IMG/VR virus record: IMGVR_UViG_3300008448_000600
Coordinates: 1 to 24,779 of that record
Strand: one strand, 5' to 3'
DNA: 24,779 nucleotides
DNA from: a virus
Lineage: Duplodnaviria; Caudoviricetes
Shown here: positions 18,685-24,779 of the stretch, in pieces
How positions within the stretch are numbered: the stretch's first letter is position 1
Layout: every line of letters starts with the position of its first letter
The notes under the pieces: model-generated
Database searches by the model: none
What the model was told of the DNA's origin: nothing
Seen by the model: only the letters and a program-made list of their open reading frames with translations
Made by a program: the position numbers and the translations under genes

Positions 18685-19443
18685 ATGATACGTCTTGTAG
18701 ACTTACTGTTAGAGGCATCTGATTCTCCTAAAGCAATTTTTATGGCTGGTCCTGCTGGATCTGGTAAATCATATGTCTCTAAACAAATTATTCCTCAAAA
18801 TTTACAAGTAATTAATGTAGATGATACTTATGAGGAACTATTAAAAGCCGCTGGTATTGGTCAAAAATTAACTCAAATGACCCCAGATGAATTATCTCAA
18901 GCCGCCAAATTAATGGGTAAGGCTCAAGCAGCCACTAGAGAAAAATATGCTAAGGCTTTAGAATCACTACAAGATGTTGTTATTGATGGAACAGGTGGTG
19001 CCTCAAAACCATTACTTAAGAAAAAATCAGAATTAGAGGCCTTAGGATATAAAACATTAATGTTAATGATTTATGTATCACCTTTAGTATCATTGGAAAG
19101 AAATTCACAAAGAGAAAGATCATTACTACCTTCTATTGTTTTGAGAACATGGAGGGATGTAAATAAAAATATAGATACATATAAAGAGGTATTTGGTGAT
19201 GATTTTATATTAGTTAATAATAATCCAAAAGAGGTAGATACATCATTTTCACTTGATAAAATTCAACCATATTTTGATGCCTCTCCAACTAAATCAGGCA
19301 AAACAAAATCCCCTGAGGAAATAGCAAAATCAAAAGCAGAAAAAGAACAATTAAACAAAGACATTGAACAAATGGTACAAACATTACCTGAATTTGATTC
19401 AATAGAAACAGCTAAATCAAAAATTAATGGATTTCTTAATTAA
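18685..19443 (+). CDS. P-loop small-molecule/nucleotide kinase (zeta-toxin/AAA_33-like)
   Basis: Walker A 'MAGPAGSGKS', 'INVDD', 'VVIDGTG', lid 'SLERNSQRER'. Confidence 0.85.
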   Translation: MIRLVDLLLEASDSPKAIFMAGPAGSGKSYVSKQIIPQNLQVINVDDTYEELLKAAGIGQKLTQMTPDELSQAAKLMGKAQAATREKYAKALESLQDVVIDGTGGASKPLLKKKSELEALGYKTLMLMIYVSPLVSLERNSQRERSLLPSIVLRTWRDVNKNIDTYKEVFGDDFILVNNNPKEVDTSFSLDKIQPYFDASPTKSGKTKSPEEIAKSKAEKEQLNKDIEQMVQTLPEFDSIETAKSKINGFLN

Positions 19444-22075
19444 AGATATTATACAAGAATTAGCCCCTAATGATAAAGTAACAATACTATATCCAGGAGC
19501 ATTCAAACCACCTCATAAAGGTCACTTTGAGGTAGTTAAAAGATCAGCCGAAATTGGAGATAAAGTAATTGTAATTGTTTCTCCTAAAGATAGAGATGGG
19601 GTAAATTTAGATCAATCTTTAAGAGTTTGGAATTTATATAAAAAATTATTTCCTGATAATGTTGAAATTAGAGTAGCACAAGGTTCTACTCCTGTTAGTG
19701 ATGTTTATGATATTATAAAAAACAATCCTAATGAAAACTTTTTAGCTGCTTTTGGTAAAGAAGAAGGATCAAGATTTGATTCAATTACCAAATCAGGTAA
19801 ATACCCAAATGCAGATATTGTCGACATTGGTACTATAGAAAATTTTAGTGCCACTGAATTAAGAAAAGCAGTACGAGATAGAGATATAGCTACTATAGAA
19901 AAAATGATACCTGATGGGATTACTGCTATTGAATTTTTAGAGGCAATGAATAGTAGAGTACATGAAAATTTATTCTTAATTCAAGAGGATGAATTAATGG
20001 ATGAGGTTGTTAACCCTGATGGTGAAATATTTGAATATAATCAAAAGGAAAAGGGATTATTCTTATATAATGATTCTAAAGGAAACACTTATTTTGTTAG
20101 ATTAACATTTCAACCTACTGAATCTCCTTATTTTGAATTGAAAATAGGATGGTTTGAAGATAATGATTTTTCTAAACCAAAATATGAACCTAATTTACCT
20201 CCAAATTCTACCTCATTAGACAACATAAAGAGAAGAAATACAGTATCTAAAATATATAGAGATGAAATATTACCTTTATTTAAACAAGTATCATCTTTAT
20301 CAAAATTATTAAAAATAAAACCAGTATCTCAATCTAGATTTATCTTTTCAGACAGACTAGTAAAAAATCATACTCCTGAGGATTTTAATATTGATAATAA
20401 CGATGAAGGTATTACTATTTCTTTAAAAGAGGTAAGTGATCCATCATCAATTGATCCTGAACAATTAAAAATGGGAATTGAGGTTGAAAAAGAACATACC
20501 GATGATCCTGTAGTAGCTAGAAAAATTGCTATTGATCATTTGAAAGAAGATCCTAAATATTATACTAAATTAGCTACTTTAAAATTAGAACAACAAGCGG
20601 ACCCACTTCAAGACCATATCAATTCAATTAACCAGTTTATGGTTGATAAAGGATTAGAAATTATGCCTTTCCCTCAAGTACAATATGTTACTGATGATGA
20701 GGAAAATGCTAATCAAATTTTAGGAAAAACAGCATATTACAATCCAGGTCAAAATATTATTGCTTTATATACATTAGGACGTCATCCTAAAGATGTTTTA
20801 AGATCATATGCTCATGAATTAATTCATCATGCTCAAAATTTACAAGGTAGAATTAAAGATATTAGAACTACTGATGTAAATGAGGACGATAAACTTTTCA
20901 AATTAGAAGAAGAAGCGTATGTTCTAGGTAATATGATTTTTAGAAGCTGGGAAAATAGTCAATCAAATTCAAAAAAAACTAAAGAATCTGACTATTACCA
21001 AAAATACAAACAATATGCTTTAACTGAGTTATTTGAAAAAGATTTACCTAATATTGAAAAAATAAATAATATAGAATATTTAGTAGGAAATGGAACGGAT
21101 ATAGAGGCTAAATATATTTTTAAATTAGAAATACCTGATAGAAATATATGGTCAATGAATTGGTTTTTTACCCCTAATAATAAAAATAAATCCCCAGAGG
21201 CTTGGAAACAAGTAACAGCTACATCATTTAAGGTATTAGATAATTTTCTAAAAAATAACAACCCTAAATCAATCCATATTTCAGGTAATACCTTTTCAAA
21301 AACCAATTTATATAAAAATTATGTAGATAAACTTCAAACATTATTAAATAATAAATATAAAATTGATAATAGTGATGAGGATAAAATAGTATTACGCTCC
21401 ATTGAAGAATCATACCAATCCAGTATTCAAAAACGTATGGAAACTTTAAATGAATCATACGAACAGGCTTTACATTATTGGGAAAATGGGGATATAAATT
21501 CTAAAAGTAAAATAGAACGTTGGAATAGTATAAAAAAGGTTATAGAAAGAAAAGTTATAAGAGAAATGTATAAATTAGACAAAACAAAAAAATATTACAT
21601 ATTCTGTGATATGGATGGTGTATTAGTTGATTTTGATAAAGGTTATAAAGATTTAACCGGTGTTAGTACTAAACATGCCGATGTTCAAAATAGTAAAGAT
21701 TTTTGGAATAAATTAGAATCATCTTTAAAGGAAAAAGGATTAACCCAAGAGGACTATTGGAAAGGTTTAGATTGGATGTCTGATGGAAAAACATTATGGA
21801 ATTATATCAAACAATATAATCCTTATATTTTAACCGCCCCATCCAAAGATCCTGGATCAAGAACAGGTAAAAAAGAATGGGTTGAACGGCTAGATAATAT
21901 GAAAAATATTTATTTTAGAGCAGCACAATCCAAATCAGACTTTGCTGGTAAAAATAAAGTATTAATTGATGATAGAGAAGATACTATAGAAAGTTGGAGA
22001 GCCAAGGGAGGAATAGGTATATTACACACTAGTGCGGCCGATACAATCGAGCAACTAAAACAAATAGGTTTATGA
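19427..22075 (+). CDS. Multi-domain protein: HIGH-class nucleotidyltransferase + unknown + DUF5661-like + HExxH metallopeptidase + unknown + HAD (NT5C-like) phosphatase
   Basis: YPGAFKPPHKGH (19490-19525) and SATELRK (19847); MGIEVEKEH...IAIDHLKEDPKYYTKL (about 20450-20572); HELIH (20813-20827) plus EEEAY; DMDGVLVDF (21608), LTAP, K, LIDD. Confidence 0.85.
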   Translation: MDFLIKDIIQELAPNDKVTILYPGAFKPPHKGHFEVVKRSAEIGDKVIVIVSPKDRDGVNLDQSLRVWNLYKKLFPDNVEIRVAQGSTPVSDVYDIIKNNPNENFLAAFGKEEGSRFDSITKSGKYPNADIVDIGTIENFSATELRKAVRDRDIATIEKMIPDGITAIEFLEAMNSRVHENLFLIQEDELMDEVVNPDGEIFEYNQKEKGLFLYNDSKGNTYFVRLTFQPTESPYFELKIGWFEDNDFSKPKYEPNLPPNSTSLDNIKRRNTVSKIYRDEILPLFKQVSSLSKLLKIKPVSQSRFIFSDRLVKNHTPEDFNIDNNDEGITISLKEVSDPSSIDPEQLKMGIEVEKEHTDDPVVARKIAIDHLKEDPKYYTKLATLKLEQQADPLQDHINSINQFMVDKGLEIMPFPQVQYVTDDEENANQILGKTAYYNPGQNIIALYTLGRHPKDVLRSYAHELIHHAQNLQGRIKDIRTTDVNEDDKLFKLEEEAYVLGNMIFRSWENSQSNSKKTKESDYYQKYKQYALTELFEKDLPNIEKINNIEYLVGNGTDIEAKYIFKLEIPDRNIWSMNWFFTPNNKNKSPEAWKQVTATSFKVLDNFLKNNNPKSIHISGNTFSKTNLYKNYVDKLQTLLNNKYKIDNSDEDKIVLRSIEESYQSSIQKRMETLNESYEQALHYWENGDINSKSKIERWNSIKKVIERKVIREMYKLDKTKKYYIFCDMDGVLVDFDKGYKDLTGVSTKHADVQNSKDFWNKLESSLKEKGLTQEDYWKGLDWMSDGKTLWNYIKQYNPYILTAPSKDPGSRTGKKEWVERLDNMKNIYFRAAQSKSDFAGKNKVLIDDREDTIESWRAKGGIGILHTSAADTIEQLKQIGL

Positions 22076-22650
22076 GTAAAAAAGACAATGTTTTAAAAAA
22101 AGAGTTTAAACAAAAAGACGTTCAACGATTAAGAAATTTATTAACCAAAAAACACGGTGATAAAACCACTGTGGGTATTGGTTATTCTAAACAACAAGAA
22201 TTTCATAAAGAAGGAGATATTTGGGAAGAGGATGGTAGAAAATGGACCATTAAAAATGGTGTAAAACAAAATATCACTAAAATGGATGAGGCTAAAAAAG
22301 CCCACGTTATGCCTTTATTTTGTCCCTCCTGTAATAAAATAATGAAAACACACAGAGATAAAAATTACTATACAATCCATAGAAAATGTCTCAATTGTGT
22401 TGTTGATTTTGAAACAGAATTAAAACGAATAGGGGCTTGGGGAGAATACCAAAATAGAATCCACAATTCAGAAATTGATGGTTTTATTAATGAATTTAAA
22501 TCTTGGGTTGAAGATAGTTTAACTGAATCAAATCAAGGATTTGTTTCCGAGGATGGTCACGTAGAACGTTGGTTAGGTGGAGCAGATAAAAATAGAGTTT
22601 TAGGTGAGTTAGATAAAACCATTGAATATTTATCTTCCCTGAAAAAGTAA
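22072..22650 (+). CDS. Hypothetical Zn-finger protein
   Basis: CPSC...CLNC pair; ATGA overlap with the upstream gene. Confidence 0.8.
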   Translation: MSKKDNVLKKEFKQKDVQRLRNLLTKKHGDKTTVGIGYSKQQEFHKEGDIWEEDGRKWTIKNGVKQNITKMDEAKKAHVMPLFCPSCNKIMKTHRDKNYYTIHRKCLNCVVDFETELKRIGAWGEYQNRIHNSEIDGFINEFKSWVEDSLTESNQGFVSEDGHVERWLGGADKNRVLGELDKTIEYLSSLKK

Positions 22651-22659
22651 ATATTTATA
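22651..22659 (+). promoter_or_regulatory. ATATTTATA motif, putative late promoter
   Basis: Immediately after TAA 22650; 6 nt before ATG 22666. Confidence 0.6.
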
Positions 22660-22665
22660 GGGGAT

Positions 22666-23031
22666 ATGGACTTTGCCAAATTTATCTCCTATTTAATGCA
22701 TTCACGTACACAATCCCATGTGTATCATTTACAAACCCCATCTTTTGCTGCCCATAAGGCACTAAATGACTATTATGATGGTATAATTGATTTAGTTGAT
22801 GGGTTAGTTGAATCATATCAGGGCCGTTACGGTATTTTAACTGGTTATTCTAACTTTGCTTTAATGGAGTATAAAAGTTGTGAGGCTATAAGAGAATACT
22901 TTAAAGCCTTAGAAAAAACAATTGAATCCTCTAGGGCCTCTTTACCTCAAGATTCGTATATTCAAAATCAAATTGATGAAGTAATTACTTTAATTGTTTC
23001 AACATATTATAAGTTAACATATTTAAAATAA
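22666..23031 (+). CDS. Ferritin/Dps-like four-helix protein (DUF5856-like)
   Basis: 'QSHVYHLQT..FAAHKALNDYYD..DLVDGLVESYQG' has Dps-like H...H...D...E spacing; 'QNQIDE...YKL'. Confidence 0.75.
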   Translation: MDFAKFISYLMHSRTQSHVYHLQTPSFAAHKALNDYYDGIIDLVDGLVESYQGRYGILTGYSNFALMEYKSCEAIREYFKALEKTIESSRASLPQDSYIQNQIDEVITLIVSTYYKLTYLK

Positions 23032-24779
23032 TGGAACATAATAAAATTCGCCAAACGATAAAAAAAGTATACGAATTGTATTATTTACCTACTTATGATG
23101 ATGATGTACAGAAAAAATATGATAATACTCCTTATGATGAAAGAAGAGTAATTATGACTACTGTTTTTTATCCTGAGGATTATGCAAAATATAATTACGG
23201 TGAATTACCAACCCAAATCCAAACAGCAGTAAATAACTATTTTAATGGTAGAGGTTTAAAAGAAGACAAATTAAAAATAATGATTAATAAAGTATTATTC
23301 GAACAAGACGATGAAACCACCGGTGGTCAAGGTATTCGTCTAACTAACAATATAGTAGTTAAGTTTAAAAACGAAGATGAAGCAACCATAGCCGCCGATG
23401 GTTTGAAAGATGTTAATAATTATGGAAAATATATCAATCAGTTCCAAACATTGGATCCTGGTTTGAAAAAATACTTGTCTGATACTTTTGGTCCATCAAT
23501 TCCAAGCCAGAAAAAAGCCGCTCTAAAAAAACGTAGAGAGGAGCTAGGTGACGAAACATTTGATTTTAAAACCAAAACAGGTCAGGCCATCATTGATGCA
23601 ATTAAAGATTACTTTGAAGAAAAACCAAGTAAATCTATTGTTACATTCAAAGTAACAGATAAAAATGAATTGCTTGTTCCTATTGAACAAAACATTCTAA
23701 CTAAACAAAATCTAAAAGACATATTAAAAACTGTATTCACTAATATTGGATTAAAAGGATTTGAAATTAGTGAAAAAGAAGGATTAGATGAAGCACAAAT
23801 GGGTGTTGAATTTGGTCCTAGTTTAGGTAATACCGGAGGAAGTGGTGAAAGAAAAATACCTAAAGTAATTGCTTTTCCTTATTGGGATTTAAAAGCTAAA
23901 TTTAAAGACGATTTTAAATTAACTAGTAAATCTGGCCCTAAAGGAAAACCAGAATATTCTTTATATATCTCTAAAAATTTAAAAACAGCATTAGATCAAA
24001 TTCAAAGAGGACGTACCTCTCGCGATACTGAAAAACGTAAATTTGATTTAACTAAACAGGTTGAAGACAACATCCAACCAATGATTAGAGGAATTCTTAA
24101 AAATGGAACCGAAGGTGCCAAATTAGTTAATGTTGGTGGTGTTGATATGTATCTTGTTAAATGGCCTATCTTAGGTAAAAACAAGGAAGGAAATGTATTG
24201 TGGTTTGCTTCCCCATCAGTTGCTAAACTTATGGAAGATATGATGGAGGAAATTAAAATGACTACCTCACAAAAGAAAAAACGTGGTGAAATTTTTGATA
24301 AATTAAAATCACAGGGTATGGCCGATGAAAAAGCAGGTAAAATAGCTACCTCTCAAGCAATGAAAGAAGATATTGATTTAGGTCATCAAGATGATGAACC
24401 CGATATGTTAAAAGCTAGTGTTTATCGTATTGCCCAGTATGCTGTTGCATTGTATAAAATGTTAGATAAATACGACCAAATGAATGCTGAGGTTGATTTT
24501 CCAGATTGGTGGCAAGAAAAAATCCACTTAGCTGCTGATTATATGGATAAAACTAAACATTATCTTGAATTTGAAGAAAAACAACCTGCCTTAGATGCTA
24601 TGACAGAAGGAATGGGTGGTACTAAACAGTATATTCAATCTAATCCAAATGTAGGAACATTTGATTCTGAGGAAGTTATTTTACAAAAAATATATGGAGA
24701 TAACATATCTAATATAAAAAGATATTCTGTAGGATCTTATACTGGTGATTTAGGAAACATTAAAGGAGCACTTTTTATG
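23031..24779 (+). CDS. Large modular hypothetical protein, 3'-truncated by the window (>583 aa), possible head/internal protein
   Basis: ATG at 23031 overlaps the upstream TAA; manual translation (MEHNKIRQTIKKVYELYY...IKGALFM) shows no stop through 24779. Absent from the supplied track because it lacks a stop codon. Confidence 0.85.
   Translation, partial: MEHNKIRQTIKKVYELYYLPTYDDDVQKKYDNTPYDERRVIMTTVFYPEDYAKYNYGELPTQIQTAVNNYFNGRGLKEDKLKIMINKVLFEQDDETTGGQGIRLTNNIVVKFKNEDEATIAADGLKDVNNYGKYINQFQTLDPGLKKYLSDTFGPSIPSQKKAALKKRREELGDETFDFKTKTGQAIIDAIKDYFEEKPSKSIVTFKVTDKNELLVPIEQNILTKQNLKDILKTVFTNIGLKGFEISEKEGLDEAQMGVEFGPSLGNTGGSGERKIPKVIAFPYWDLKAKFKDDFKLTSKSGPKGKPEYSLYISKNLKTALDQIQRGRTSRDTEKRKFDLTKQVEDNIQPMIRGILKNGTEGAKLVNVGGVDMYLVKWPILGKNKEGNVLWFASPSVAKLMEDMMEEIKMTTSQKKKRGEIFDKLKSQGMADEKAGKIATSQAMKEDIDLGHQDDEPDMLKASVYRIAQYAVALYKMLDKYDQMNAEVDFPDWWQEKIHLAADYMDKTKHYLEFEEKQPALDAMTEGMGGTKQYIQSNPNVGTFDSEEVILQKIYGDNISNIKRYSVGSYTGDLGNIKGALFM

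Larger units (their letters stand above)
1..24779 (+). mobile_element. Segment of a large T4-like/myovirus phage genome (probable Bacteroidota host)
   Basis: Baseplate gp25/gp6/gp5-like genes, gp55-like sigma, phage-type primase and nuclease, dense one-strand packing with TAATG/ATGA overlaps, no cellular housekeeping genes. Confidence 0.93.

Noticed and set aside
18685-19443. Zeta/epsilon toxin-antitoxin module
   Set aside because: No small upstream antitoxin gene; only the generic P-loop kinase fold is supported.
21404-21466. Short direct repeat GAATCATAC (EESYQ / NESYE) in the 882-aa gene
   Set aside because: Only 9 nt and two copies in AT-rich DNA; not distinguishable from chance.
965-24184. 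Short alternative-frame and minus-strand ORFs in the track (965, 10474, 11785, 12164, 12713, 14219, 17086, 17485, 20995, 21264, 24002)
   Set aside because: All lie wholly or almost wholly inside longer, motif-bearing plus-strand genes and have no recognisable motifs; they are most likely shadow ORFs.
1-24779. Stop-codon reassignment (no accepted gene ends in TAG)
   Set aside because: Genes are full length and tile the window under the standard code, with no in-frame TAG or TGA interrupting them; TAA bias is expected at this AT content.
1-24779. tRNA, rRNA, CRISPR arrays and intrinsic terminators
   Set aside because: Only one intergenic gap exceeds about 35 nt, and I saw no cloverleaf, spaced repeats or GC hairpin plus U-tract.

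Overview
The window is a very AT-rich, gap-free, entirely plus-strand segment of a large T4-like (contractile-tailed) phage genome. The host is probably Bacteroidota, because TTTG-N19/20-TAnnTT(TG) promoters are present and Shine-Dalgarno sites are essentially absent. Gene order: small non-structural genes, an HD phosphohydrolase and a gp55-like late sigma factor; a baseplate/tail block (gp5-like spike, gp25, gp6/baseplate-J, DNRLRE-like protein, 1491-aa gp7-like protein, three tail-collar-like proteins); a GIY-YIG protein, DnaG-type primase and PD-(D/E)XK nuclease; then a P-loop kinase, an 882-aa multi-enzyme fusion, a Zn-finger protein, a ferritin-like protein and a >583-aa modular ORF that runs off the window and is missing from the ORF track. 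Main observations: (1) an ATATTTATA motif sits just upstream of seven start codons, first appearing right after the sigma gene, and is a candidate late promoter; (2) the late-type enzyme genes encode modular proteins whose domains are delimited by amphipathic helices ending in [ILV]-x-E, suggesting capsid-packaged polyproteins cut by the prohead protease; (3) virion proteins are rich in [S/T]-[G/A/S]-S motifs. All family calls come from motifs recognised by eye; no database search was run.
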